From positions 21,824,001-21,888,000 of the forward strand of contig NC_043013.1 of NCBI RefSeq assembly GCF_006345805.1: a stretch of DNA of 64,000 nucleotides. The letters are read 5' to 3'. The notes beneath the pieces are model-generated. The model had not been told where the DNA came from and did not search any database. It saw only the letters and a list, made by a program, of their open reading frames with translations. This DNA comes from Octopus sinensis. Lineage: Eukaryota. Of this stretch, positions 1 to 13,987 are shown in pieces. The position numbers and the translations under genes were made by a program. Each line of letters opens with the position of its first letter. Position 1 is the stretch's first letter.

Positions 1-1810
1 TGGTGTAGAATGTTTTTGACTTGGAAAAGATAATAAATATAGATGTTTACTGAGTAGAAATCTATAGTGATAAACCAGTCACTTATAACTTAACTATAAG
101 TATTATCACTATACATAAATCTTAACTCAGGCTGCGTAAACACCGTGATGAATTATACACCAAGACGCTGAAACGTACATAATAACAGTTTCATGGATGC
201 AGAAATAAATAATAACAGTTTCATGGATACAGAAATAAATCTCATTAACAGGTTGAAGAAAATGAAGAAAGAGAAATTATTTACTAAATTAGTTTATTTA
301 CGTACATTTAATATTTACAGTACATTTAGAAGTCAAAGAAAATTGTCGTAGAGAGTTACGACATAAAATTTATATTAACTAATTCTTCCATACGAAACTG
401 CCAGACTTTTACACAACGATTCAAAATAGTCTTGTTGGATTTAAGTAATAGAGATGGCATAAAAATAGCCAATAACTCAATAGAGTGAGTGTCGTGGAAA
501 TGAGTGACAGCCAACGAACACTGAGGGTGAGTGTCGTAGAGTCTAGTAACAAGCAACGATCCCTGATTAATTTTGATCTCACTGGACAAGGGATAGGCCT
601 AGTTCAGAAGATTTAGGTCATGTTAATATTCACCCATTTTATATATATATAAGCATGTATGTATGCATGTATGTATGTATGTGTGTATGTGTGTATGTGT
701 GTATGTATGAATGTATGTATACATACATATATGTATATTCATTTGTAATATATATGTATACTCATGTGTATATATATGTGCATACATATAAAAACACACA
801 TACACATACATACATACATACATACATACATGTATAATTGCATAAGTTGGAGTAACAAGAAGGAATACGAAGGCACATTTATTGGTAAACCCTGCACTTG
901 TTTCCACGCATCGCAGTCTTTCATTTTGGCAGGAATTTGGTTATGCAAACGTCTCTCTTCATTGAGAAATCTTGTTGCGTCAACGGGTCGTCTGCATGTA
1001 ACATTATTAAGATATAGTCACATGACAATCGTTCCTTGTGATACTCAGTGGTGAATAAAATATTGATTAATTGGTATAAACTGGTATTAATAAAGGAGTA
1101 TTGAGGCAAAGGAACATGTTAATTATCTATTAAGAAAATTATAATCTAAGCAGTTTTTTAATAAGTAGTGAATATACCAGTATAGTATCAATTTATAGAG
1201 ATACAAAAGCTAGAATTAATTTTATAAATAAAGGCTAATTATAAAATAATAAAGAAATACAATAAAATGATCAGGTAGGGCAGAACACCATAGAAAAGGG
1301 AATAAAATAACTTAATTACCAATACTATGGTAAAGCATATGTTGCTTATTAACACCAATAGAGAAGATTTTTAGAAAAAGTATAATAATTCAAATTATAT
1401 TAGACTAAAAATTATATATTTACTTATTTAGCTAATATCAATAAAAGACTGATGTTTGATGTCAGCTAAAGGAATATTTAAGTTACGGAACAATCATATT
1501 TTACACTAATGTTTTTTTTTTAAATTAAGAGTCATATCAAAGATTTAAGAAGTTAATATTGTTACTCCCTACATGATATTTATAGTTTCTTAGTTGTACT
1601 TGTTTAGAAGGGTTATTTATATAAAGGCCCTTGTCAATACTAAGATCAGGAGGGTAGAGCCATTTAAGAAAGAGATAAATCAAGTAATTTCTTAAGATCT
1701 TTTCAAACAATATTGTCTAATTGTATAAAGTTAAAATTTAGGGTAATCAAGAAGATTATTAAGAATGAAATTTTAACATAAGGATAAAACTTCTTTGAAT
1801 ATTTGGAGTA

Positions 1811-2148
1811 CCGTAAATCCTCGACTATAGTCCACCCTTGAGTATACCACGCAGGGGATTTTTTTTTGGGGGGGGGGCTGTACCTCTGAAAAACCTAAAC
1901 CATGTGTATAATATGCACTCCTTCTTATGGATGATTCTTTTATGACTTCATTGCTTCCAGGTTTAGCTTAAGGTATTTTCACGCCCGACATCACAAAATA
2001 CGCCTGAATAAACATAACCAGACAGCAAATAGAGACTCGGGCATAGCTTAGAAAATAATTTTCATTTTTAACCTCGTATATAGTACGCACTGGGTATTTT
2101 GACCTTTAGATTTTAGGAAAAAATCGGATTATACTCGAGGATTTACAG
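1811..2148. mobile_element. Non-autonomous pogo-type MITE (TA-flanked)
   Basis: TA|CCGTAAATCCTCGACTATA ... TATACTCGAGGATTTACAG|TA: ~19 bp TIRs with TA on both sides and no ORF. Confidence 0.85.
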
Positions 2149-2690
2149 TATATACCAAAGTTTTACCACAATAGAGGAAGGAAAAGAAAATTGCATACTT
2201 TTGAATAACCTTGTTGCTTATTTTGATTTTAATCAGCTTACTTTGAAATTGTATGGATAATAACCGTACTAAATTCTGGTCCCTCAACTTAAATACCGTA
2301 TTCATCTGCATCTAATTTTTTACTGAACTCATATATATATAAAGTGTGTTCTTGTAGGGTCTCAGTCGTGATGGCTAAACTCTTAAAAATTAAAAGCATT
2401 ATTTATTATACAATAAAACATTTACTTACAAATAATTTGAAGATAATTCCTCCTCAACATCCTGTCTGGTTTCTAGGTAGAAATGGCTTTCAAGAACGAG
2501 ATGTTACTTGTTTGAATTTATCCTCTTAATGAAGGATAATCATTATATGAACTTCGTATCGATTTATCACTATTAGCTGGCATTGTATTCCACAACTGAA
2601 GTGTTTGTATCTATTCAATACACTTTATAAAGATACTCCTAGTGGAAAGGTGCTGACTTAACGATTGAGATGGCATAAGATCACCAGATG

Positions 2691-2735
<45 letters not shown>

Positions 2736-2959
2736 AGTGTGTGTATGTGTGCGTACCTGTCTGTGTGTATGTGTATGCATGTACGTGTATGTATGTGTGC
2801 TTTTGCATGTGTATGCGTATGCATGTTTATACTACTACACAAAAATACCAACAACTTCATCAAAAACAAATAAAGCAACCATTGATAAATTTCGTATCTA
2901 AAGACATTGCCGTTTCTCATTCTTTTAAAAATTCCAATAATTCTTAAATGTGACATTTC

Positions 2960-3865
2960 CTGCTGTGAGTTGAAACTAAAGGGTCGCACTCATTTATAAA
3001 GTATATTTCTACTTGCGTTATTAAAACGATGACAGCTATTTCATGCCAACATCTATCGTACAACATCAGCTGTTTTAAGATCGTCAAAACATGCGAGCTC
3101 CTTCAACAGGTAACAATTACAATCTCAGATAAAATATTTCTTCTTGCTTTGGACTTGGAAACTAAAGTCTTGAAATAATTCTCTCTTCTCATCTCTCGTG
3201 TAGTTTCCAAACAGTCATCCCTTTGTCACACACATAATGATAAGGAATATCAATATGCAACCGGCATCTTGTATTTCTGTATCATTTACTAAGGACAAAC
3301 CATGATGGTAGAGGCGTGTTACGACGGGCAGCTCTTCTCTCTCTCTAACGCTTCTTTCTCATTACTTTCTCTGTAAAAGAAAGATTCTTGCTGTTGCACT
3401 GGCAGCGAGTATAATAGCATGGGGTCTGTTATATATTTTCATCACGTACAACTTCAACGTCTATCTTCCTTTTACTTATATTAAAATTAATGTTTTTGTA
3501 GCATTTATATTTCATTGAGTTGGTAGTCGGACATATTTGCATATTTACATGCGCTTTGAAAGTACGACATTGGTCCTTTTCTATTGAGGACTACACACCT
3601 ATTATTAACTTTAATAACTTGTATTGTCCAACCTTGGCGTCACCTGTAGCATGGATAACCATAGGCATTTGCTCATGTTTCTTCAAGAAATTCGCTAGGA
3701 ATCTTCTTTGACAGTGTCCGTTCACCATGCAACATCCTCTCAGGTGTCTTTCACTCTCAGGTCCATGCTTCATGCGTGTTGTTTTAGAATATCATGAAAC
3801 AAATGCTCAGTTTCTACGACAGAAACTTCGCTGCTGCAAACAATCTGATCTATTTGCAACGAGTC
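2960..3865 (-). mobile_element. Degraded Helitron Rep/helicase fragment
   Basis: Frame-hopping translation gives MKHGP...CMVNGHCQRRF, YPCYR, NNRCVV, FKAHVNMQIC, DIPYHYV and EEIFYLRL...DDLKT. These match the ordered Helitron Rep motifs (HGPC..CM..G.C.K.F, GYP.YRRR, AHINVE.C, DIP.HYVW, FYLRLLL). Many stops and frameshifts. Confidence 0.75.
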
Positions 3866-4617
3866 ATCTGCATGTAATTTTATTTTATATATATATAATA
3901 TTATTTTATATATATAATTTAACAACTTCTCGCTATTATTACTATTACCTGAGATTCAACGCTCTCAATCACGGCTCACAGTGAACTGCTTACCAACTTG
4001 ACCTGCCAATCGCTCACAGTTCTTTATTTTATAACAATGAGTCAGTCCACCTTCAGTTACATTGTGGGTGGTCAGAATCTTTCCATAACATCTTCCCTTT
4101 TAAGAATTACTCTCCCTCACCTCTCTCCGATCAGTACACTGCCAATCGGTACACTCAATTAAGGACGTAATAATCTAATTTATTCGAGTACATATTTTAC
4201 GTGTTCTACGTGTTCATATCTAGATTTGTTTTTCTAATGAGTGTATTATCCAGATATGGAATTTCAAATTCACAATCCACTAATATTGCATCTAAAATCT
4301 GTTGAAAAATCGCTGGTGCGACTTTTAAGCCAAATTGTAACCTGTTGTATTTATACAGTCTTTCCTGTGTGTTAATTGTTATGCATTTAGAGCATTCATC
4401 GTCAACTCTAATTGTAGGTACGCGTCAGAGAGATCCAATTTAGAAAAAATCTTGACACCGTTTAATTTCGAAAAAATATCCTCTGTAGAAAGTAACGGAT
4501 TGTGGCACGTTTTAAAACATTCGTTTAAAACAGTGCAAAAATCAGCACACACCTTGATTTTATTATTCGTTTTCTTTTGTCGCGAAAGAGAATTCTAAAT
4601 AGAATGAATGTGGACAC

Positions 4618-4727
<110 letters not shown>

Positions 4728-5450
4728 CTAATGACCGTGAGGAATATTATTCTTTTTTCTATTAAGCTGACGTGATTTTAGAACTTATAAGGAAATCAAT
4801 AGGAGATCCGAACGAAGGGACACTATAAGCAGTGTAGAAAGGGATGTTCAACATTCTAACATATTGGTAATCAACGGTAAATGATGATATCAGCAATTTA
4901 AACAATTTCACGATCTCTTGCACACTCAGAAATTAACAAGGTTAATTACAAAGTAGAAATCTTACTAACATAGAACTGACGATAAGAATTTGAAATTAAA
5001 ACTACAAAATGTTCACTTTACGCGATGATTCAAGTAATATACAACTTATTTGGACGTGGATAAAGTTTGGAGAAGAATTATGAAAATACATTTGATATGA
5101 TGATTAAGTGGATCTCCGTTGATTTCGACGATGAATTCGATCGTCAGGACAACTTACTCATTGAATTAGTGTACAAGTCACAGAACATTCTATTGATAGG
5201 TGTACACTTAACGTAATTCTCAGATAGAACCAGACTGAGACAATGCGACACGGTCTCACCTTTATATTACAACTGTTATCAACTGGACGGGATTCTACAC
5301 AGTTTCTCCGTAATTTCACTTACAAAGCTTTGGTCGACTCGAGTCTGTTGAGCGCTGGGCCACTTACACATTAATTTCAGGAGTATGCTGTTCTTTTGAT
5401 TGGATCAACTGGAACCCTCCTCGTCGTAACCGACGGAGTGGCGTAGTAAG

Positions 5451-5452
<2 letters not shown>

Positions 5453-5523
<71 letters not shown>
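5453..5523. repeat. (TA)n microsatellite at the inner end of the IR1 left arm
   Basis: About 35 TA units, read directly. Confidence 0.95.
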
Positions 5524-5525
<2 letters not shown>

Positions 5526-5929
5526 TAAATTAGAGATAAAACCACTATTAGGCAAATCATACAATGAAAAACTTTCAAGGAATCCGGAGTGGAAATATGA
5601 AAGAAAGTGACTGAAATATGAGGAAGTTCGAAGGTTGTATCAGGCACGAGAATAGCAGCATACATTGCTTCCAGTAGAGGTGGAAGATGTCTCGATTTTT
5701 AACTAACTTGATCAAGGCTGAGCGGGCTGTCAAAGCAAGCAACAAGATCCGTCAAAACATGTTTGGGATTGAACAATAAAAATGATCAATCGCTGAAAAT
5801 ATTTTCTGACTCAGTGAATTTTAATGAAAGCAAAACCGAGGATGGTTAAATGTATACGTGTGTGTATGTATAGGTGTATATAAATATACATACATCCGCA
5901 CACTTAACTATTCGTTCATACAAGCATCC

Positions 5930-6121
5930 TTGCATACATACATGCATGCATACGTACAAACATACATGCATACATACATGCATACATACATACACTCATA
6001 CTTACATCATACATACATGCATGCATACATACATACATACATACATACGTACATACATACATGCATGCATACATACATACATACGTATATACGTATGTAC
6101 ATACATACATACATACATACA

Positions 6122-6187
<66 letters not shown>

Positions 6188-6855
6188 CATACATACATGC
6201 ATACATACATACATTCATACTTACATCATACATACATACATGCATGCATACATACATACATACATACGTACATACATACATACATGCATGCATACATACA
6301 TACATACATACGTATATACGTATGTACATACATACATACATACATACGTATATACGTATGTACTTACATACATGCATACATACATACATACATACATACA
6401 TACATACATACATACGTACAAAGATCCACAAACAGTTAAAAGAGAGTAGAAAGCCACTGCACAAATCAATTATTCAGGACTACAAAATGCGCAACATCAA
6501 ACCAGTTGCACACTAATGTTTGTGATCCCTTTCAAATGTGGTATATAAGTTTTATCGATACAAAATGAATAAAAATCGATCTACCAATCATTCGCATTTC
6601 CTACAAATTCCATTGACTGATATTTAACTTTGTTGATTCCGGGAGGATTGACCTCATCGCGATTTCAGTACAAACCGTAACGAAAAACCGTAACTAAGGA
6701 CTACATCAGAGGGCGATAACTAAAGGCCATAACAACGGATTATAACAAGGGACGGTAACTAAAGGCCGTAACTAAGGACAGTATAACTACTCCTTCGTAC
6801 ATGCATCTTTACATACATACATACATACATCATACATACATCATACATACATACA

Positions 6856-6889
<34 letters not shown>

Positions 6890-6907
6890 CATACATACAT
6901 ACATGCA

Positions 6908-6941
<34 letters not shown>

Positions 6942-6969
6942 CATACATACATCATACATACATCATACA

Positions 6970-7003
<34 letters not shown>

Positions 7004-7029
7004 CATACATACATACATCATACATACAT

Positions 7030-7061
<32 letters not shown>

Positions 7062-7255
7062 CATACATACATACATGCATACATACATACATACATATAT
7101 ACATACATACATACATACATGCATACATACATACATACATATATACATACATACATACATACATGCATACATACATACATACATACATACATACATACAT
7201 ACATACATACATACATACATACATACATACATACATACATACATACATACATACA

Positions 7256-7289
<34 letters not shown>

Positions 7290-7319
7290 CATACATACAT
7301 ATATACATACATACATATA

Positions 7320-7353
<34 letters not shown>

Positions 7354-7383
7354 CATACATACATACATACATGCATACATACA

Positions 7384-7417
<34 letters not shown>

Positions 7418-7589
7418 CATACATACATCACACAAACATACATACGTACTTACATACATGCATACATACATACATACATACATCATACATACATACATAT
7501 ATACATACATACATATATACATACATACATACATCACACAAACATACATACGTACTTACATACATGCATACATACATACATACATACAT

Positions 7590-7621
<32 letters not shown>

Positions 7622-7663
7622 CATACATACATACATACATGCATACATACATACATACATACA

Positions 7664-7697
<34 letters not shown>

Positions 7698-7818
7698 CAT
7701 ACATACATATATACATACATACATACATCACACAAACATACATACGTACTTACATACATGCATACATACATACATACATACATGCATACATACATACATA
7801 CATACATACATACATACA

Positions 7819-7852
<34 letters not shown>

Positions 7853-8290
7853 CATACATACATACATACGTACAAAGATCCACAAACAGTTAAAAGAGAG
7901 TAGAAAGCCACTGCACAAATCAATTATTCAGGACTACAAAAATGCGCAACATCAAACCAGTTGCACACTAATGTTTGTGATCCCTTTCAAATGTGGTATA
8001 TAAGTTTTATCCATACAAAATGAATAAAAATCGATCTACCAATCATTGCAGGAGCTACAGTTCTTATTCTTCGACTGCAATTTCATTCGCATTTCCTACA
8101 AATTCCATTGATTGATACTTAACTTGGTTGATTCCGGGAGGATTGACCTCATCGTGATTTCAGTACAAACTGTAACGAAAAACCGTAACTAAGGACTACA
8201 TCAGAGGACGATAACTAAGGGTCATAACAACGGACTATAACAAGGGACGGTAACTAAAGGCCGTAACTAAGGACAATAACAAAGAGTGGT
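5930..8290 (+). repeat. Tandem duplication of [(TACA)n compound satellite + ~380-420 bp unique block]
   Basis: TACA arrays at ~5930-6418 and ~6800-7870. Each is followed by TACGTACAAAGATCCACAAACAGTTAAAAGAGAG... (at ~6413 and ~7867) running to CCGTAACTAAGGAC. Confidence 0.93.
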
Positions 8291-8659
8291 AAATAAGATC
8301 CGCAACTAAGAGCCGTAAGTAATTAGAGCATAGCATTTTTGTGCGATCCTCAAACCGTTTTGCCAGAGGTTGGACCGAACCGACAGTAAGGTACAGATTA
8401 GATAACGTAGTCAATGATTCCTTGAAGGCAAATGAAAGGCAAGATGGCTGAGAAGGAGAAGCCCTTGTATCAGATGCCAGTTCATTCATGAACGGACATA
8501 GTTGAACAATAACAACGATCGTAGCCACAACGAATTTACCACACACTGATACGTCTATAACATTCACATTTGTACTTATACATAGATATACATACATTTA
8601 TATCATTCTTTGCAACAAATATTATAAATACAACATACTATAGTTTGTTGTTTTTCTGA

Positions 8660-8840
8660 AATTTTAGCAGAAGGCTAGCAATTTCGGGGGAAGGGTATGT
8701 CAATTACAACGAGCCCCAGTGCTCAGTTGGCGCTTCTTTTATCGACCCCCGGAGAAAGGAAATGCAAAGTCGAGATAGACGGATATTGAAACACAGAGCG
8801 TAATGACAGACCAAATGCCACTCACCATTTTCACCGATGT
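8660..8840 (-). mobile_element. Decayed SINE fragment
   Basis: TTTTATCGACCCC...GAAAGG...CAAAGTCGA resembles the intact SINE body at 25575-25808. Confidence 0.5.
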
Positions 8841-9082
8841 CCAAATTATTCTGCCAGCTGATTCAAATTATTTATCTATTTCATCTTTAGACTGCGACCA
8901 AGCTGGTGCATCGCCTTGAAGAATTTCCGGTTAAGTGCACTTATTTTAAGCCTGGTACTCTTTATATCTGTCTGTTTTATCGAACACACCAACAGCGGCT
9001 GTCAAGCGGTGGTTAGGGACAAACACACATACACACTCTCACACAAACACACGCAGACACACACACACATATACATATAAAT

Positions 9083-9121
<39 letters not shown>

Positions 9122-10904
9122 CATGCAGAGAGAGAAAGAGGAGAGAGAGGATATAGAGGAGAGAAAGAGAGAGTCAATTATGCAGATAAACAATTTTGAT
9201 ATATTGAATATAACAGATTGGTTATGAAATATGTATATAAAGTTCAAGGGTTGTTTATTGACAGATTTACTTCATGACAAAATGCGGCCGTAATGGAAAC
9301 AATCAACATTGGACAAATCGAACCTCCGTCGTTAGGGTAGAGAAGATCTTACATTTCAGATGATAATGCAGAGAAATTCAAAGATGGAATGATTAAATGT
9401 GGAGAACAATCCGTAATGAAGAAAGGAAGTAGGAGGGTCGGTGGGGTTATGAGAAATATTAAGACAGGAAATGGTGAGAGGAAGTGGGTTAATAATGAGA
9501 GTATTGAGTTGGGTAGGGTAGTAGAAATGGAAAGTTGGGAGATGAGTGGGAGGGGTGGGATTGATAATGTGCGTTCAGTTGTCGTTGGTTTTGTGTAGAG
9601 ATGTCAAAGTTCAAAGGTAGAAGCTGTAGAATTATTGGAGGTTGAAAATACAGTTCACGTGTATTATTGCATCTCTCTACTCACTCTACAATAAGGATGT
9701 GGTGCATCGGGTATCTGGGTGATGTGATAGCTCTGACAGGGAACATGTGGTGCTGTTCGGAGTAATCCGTCCGCCTTTCTCACATATGGTTCCGCTCCAA
9801 CAACGGTGCCACCTCCTGAGAACAAAACAGTTTTCCATGGTCAGAAAGAAAACGCAAACTACGCAAGTCCTGAGCCAACAACTCCTTTCCTTCAGTCCCC
9901 AGCAGATCACCGGTGCCTGGCTTCTTGCGGCAGAGCCTTCTGGACACGCATCAGACTAATCGACCGCAACTAGACACAACTTGTATCTATTTCTGCCATC
10001 TGATCTCGTTAGTCATCGTCGACAACGACGGACGAACTAATAGCTAACACAACAACAATATCTGTCTAAACTTTTCTACATTATCACTGCTTGGTTATAG
10101 AATTCGATGTTTACACACCCTGATGTGTATATATATATATATATATATTACTTACTACGCCACTCCGTTGGTCACGACGACAAGTGTTCCACTTAATCCA
10201 ATCATAAGAACAGCCAACTCCTGAAATTAATGTGTAAGTGGCTCAGCGCTCAACAGACTCGAGTCGACCAAAGCTTTGTAAGTGAAATTACGGAGAAACT
10301 GTGTAGAATCCCGTCCAGTTGATAACAGTTCTAATTTAAAGGTGAAACCGTGTCGCATTGTCTCAGTCTGGTCTATCTGAGAATTACGTTAAGTGTACAC
10401 CTATCAATAGAATGTTCTGCGACTTGTACACTAATTCAATGAGTAAGTTGTCCTGAGGATCGAATTCATCGTCGAAATCAACGGAGATCCACTTAATCAT
10501 CATATCAAATGTATTTTCATAATTCTTCTCCAAACTTGATCCACGTCCAAATAAGTTGTATATTACTTGAATCATCGCGTAAAGTGAACATTTTGTAGTT
10601 TTAATTTCAAATCCTTATCGTCAGTTCTAAGTTAGTAAGATTTCTACTTTGTAATTAAACTTGATAATTTCTGAGTGTGCAAGAGATCGTGAAATTGTTT
10701 AAATTGCTGATATCATCATTTATCGTTGATTTATGCTAGAATGTTGAACATCCTTTGCTACACTGCTTATAGTGTCCCTTCGTCCGGATCTCCTATTAAT
10801 TTCTTTATAAGTTCTAAAATCTCGTCAGCTTAATAGGAATCTATCTGACTGATACAGCAACAGAAAAAGAATAATATTCCTCACGGTCATTAGACGTGTG
10901 TGTG

Positions 10905-11800
10905 TGCGCGCGAAGCTTCTGTCGTAGAAACTGAGCATTTGTTTCATGATATTTTAAAACAACTCGCGTGAAGCATGGACCTGAGAGTGAAAGACACCTG
11001 AGAGGATGTTTGCATGGTGAACGGACACTGTCAAAGAAGATTCCTAGCGAATTTCTTGAAGAAACATGAGCAAATGACACTGGTTATACATGCTACAGGT
11101 GGCGCCAAGGTGGGACAATACAAGTTTATAAAGTTAATAATAGGTGTGTAGTCCTCAATAAAAAAGGACCAATGTCGTACTTTCAAAGCGCATGTAAATA
11201 TGCAAATATGTCCGACTACCAAGTCAATGAAATAAATATTCAAGTAACTCTATAAAAGCTACAAAAACATTAAATTTAATATAAGTAAAAGGAAGATGGA
11301 CGTTGAAGTTGTATATGATGAAAATATATAACAGACCCCATACTGTTATACTCGCCGCCAGTGCAACAGCAAGAATCTGTCTTTTACAGAGAAAGTAATG
11401 AGAAAGAAGCGTTAGAGAGAGAGAAGAGCTGCCCGTCGTAACACGCCTCTACCATCATGGTTTGTCCTTAGTAAATGATATAGAAATACAAGACGCCGGT
11501 TGCATATTGATATTCCTTATCATTATGTGTGTGACAAAAGGATGACTGTTTAGAAACTACACGAGAGATGAGAAGAGAGAATTATTTCAAGACTTTAGTT
11601 TCTAAGTCCAAAGAAAGAAGAAATATTTTATCTGAGATTGTTATTGTTACATGTTGAAGGAGCTCGTATTTTTTGACGATCTTAAAATAGCTGATGGTGT
11701 ACGATAGAAGTTGGCATGAAATAACTGTCATTATTTTAATAACGCTAGTGGAAATATACTTTATAAATGAGTGCGACCTTTTAGTTTCAACTCACAGCAG
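10905..11800 (+). mobile_element. Mirror copy of the Helitron fragment
   Basis: Reverse complement of ~2960-3830; cut at ~10905 by a deletion into a (CA)n tract. Confidence 0.7.
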
Positions 11801-12403
11801 GAAATGTCACATTTAAGAATTATTGGAATTTTTAAAAGAATGAGAAACGGCAAAGTCTTTAGATACGAAATTTATCAATGGTTGCTTTATTTGTTTTTGA
11901 TAAAGTTGTTGGTATTTTTGTGTAGTAGTATAAACATGCATACGCATACACAGGCAAAAGCACACAGACATAGACACACGTACATGCACATGCATACACA
12001 CAGACCGGCACGCACACACACATACACATATATATATTTATATGTATCATCTGGTGATCTTATGCCCTCTCAATCGTTAAGTCAATACCTTTTCACCCGG
12101 AGTATCTTTATAAAGTGTATTGAATAGATGCAAACACATCAGTTGTGGAATACAATGCCAGCTAATAGTGATAAATCGATACGAAGTTCATCTAATGATT
12201 ATCTTTCATTAAAGAGGATAAATTCAAGCAAGTTACATCTCGTTCTTGACAGCCACTTCTACCTAGAAAACAGACAGGATGTTGAGGAGGAATTATCTTC
12301 GAATTATTTGTAAGTAAATGTTTTATTGTATAATTAATATGCTTTTAATTATTGAAGAATTTAGCCATCACGACTGAGACCCCACAAGAACACATTTTGT
12401 ATA

Positions 12404-12453
<50 letters not shown>

Positions 12454-12622
12454 TTCAGCAAAAATTTAGATTCACATGAATATGGTACTTAAGCTGAAGG
12501 ACCAGAATTTAGTACGGTATTATCCATACAATTTCAAAGTAAGGTGATTAAAAGCAACAAGGATTTTCAAAAGTAATGCAATTTTCTACTCTCTCTCTAT
12601 TGTGGTAAAACTTTGGTATATA

Positions 12623-13135
12623 ACGTAAATCCTCGAGTATAATCCGCATTTTTTCCTAAAATCTAAAGATCAACATACTATATACGAGGTTAAAAATGAA
12701 AATTATTTTCTAAGCTATGTCAGAGTCTCTATTTGCTCTCTGGCTATGTTTAATCAGACGCCTTTTATGATGTCGGGCGTGAAAATACCTTAAGCTAAAC
12801 CTGAAAGCAATGAAGTCATAAAAGAATCATCCATAACTTGCAGTAAGCAACATTTATTAAACGTTATTACTGTTATTTCTTTATTTTCTGCAAACAAAAT
12901 GCACAAAAATACTACACGTTCTCACTATGATATATAAACAATAATAATAAAGGACGTTACCGAATACATTTTTACAAACCAAGGACGTTATATAGACCTC
13001 CTTGACTCAAGTTAGAGAAGGAGTGCATATTATACACAAGGTTTAGGTTTTTCAGAGTTACAGCACCCCCCCCCACCACCACAAAAATCCCCTGCGTGTT
13101 ATACTCAATGACGGACTATACTCGAGGATTTACGG
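12623..13135. mobile_element. Mirror copy of the pogo-type MITE (longer allele)
   Basis: TA|ACGTAAATCCTCGAGTATA ... TATACTCGAGGATTTACGG|TA. It has ~180 bp (12836-13015) absent from the 1811-2148 copy. Confidence 0.85.
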
Positions 13136-13987
13136 TACTCCAAATATTCAAAGAATGTTTATCCTTATGTTAAAATTTCATTCTTAATAATCTTCTTGAT
13201 TACCCTAAATTTTAACTTAATACAATAAGACAATATTGTTTGAAAAGATCTTAAGAAATTACTTGATTTATCTCTTTCTTAAATGGCTCTACCCTACTGA
13301 TCTTAGTATTGACAAGGGCCTTTATATAAATAACCCTTCTAAACAAGTACAACTAAGAAACTATAAATATCATGTAGGGAGTAACAATATTAACTTCTTA
13401 AATCTATGATATAACGCTTAATTTAAAAAGAAAACATTAGTGTAAAATATGATTTTTTAGCTGATACCAGATATTTGTCTTTTATTGATATTAGCTAAAT
13501 AAGTAAATATATAATTTTTAGTCTAATATATTTTGAATTATTATACTTTTTCTAAAATTCTTCTCTATTGGTGTTAATAAGCTACATATGCTTTACCATA
13601 AGTTTTAGTAATTAAGTTATTTTATTTCCTTTTCTATGGTGTTCTGCCCTACTTGATCATTTATCGCATTTCTTTATTATTTTATAATTAGCCTTTATTT
13701 ATAAAATTAATTCTAATTTCTGTATCTCTATAAATTCATAATATACTGGTATATTCATTACTTATAAAAAAACCTGCTTAGATTATAATTTTCTTAATAT
13801 ATAATTAACAAGTTCCTTTGCCTCAATACTCCTTTATTAATACCAGTTTATACCAATTAATCAATATTTTATTTACCACTGAGTATCACAAGGAACGATT
13901 GCCATGTGACTATATTTTAATAACGTTACATGCAGACGACCCGTTGACACAACAAGATTTCTCAATGCAGAGAAACGTATGAATAAC

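Noticed and set aside
5858-8003. Long ORFs of up to 400 aa (HTYI/MYVC repeats)
   Set aside because: Translations of stop-free (TACA)n. The same applies to the poly-I, poly-L, poly-T and THTH ORFs elsewhere.
5930-8290. CRISPR-like repeat-spacer array
   Set aside because: Eukaryotic microsatellite with only two unique blocks; no regular repeat-spacer periodicity and no cas genes.
10384-10575. ORF with MIKWISVD..., faintly like a kelch BACK domain
   Set aside because: The resemblance is too weak, the mirror has an in-frame stop (TAA at ~5061) and no splice structure was found.
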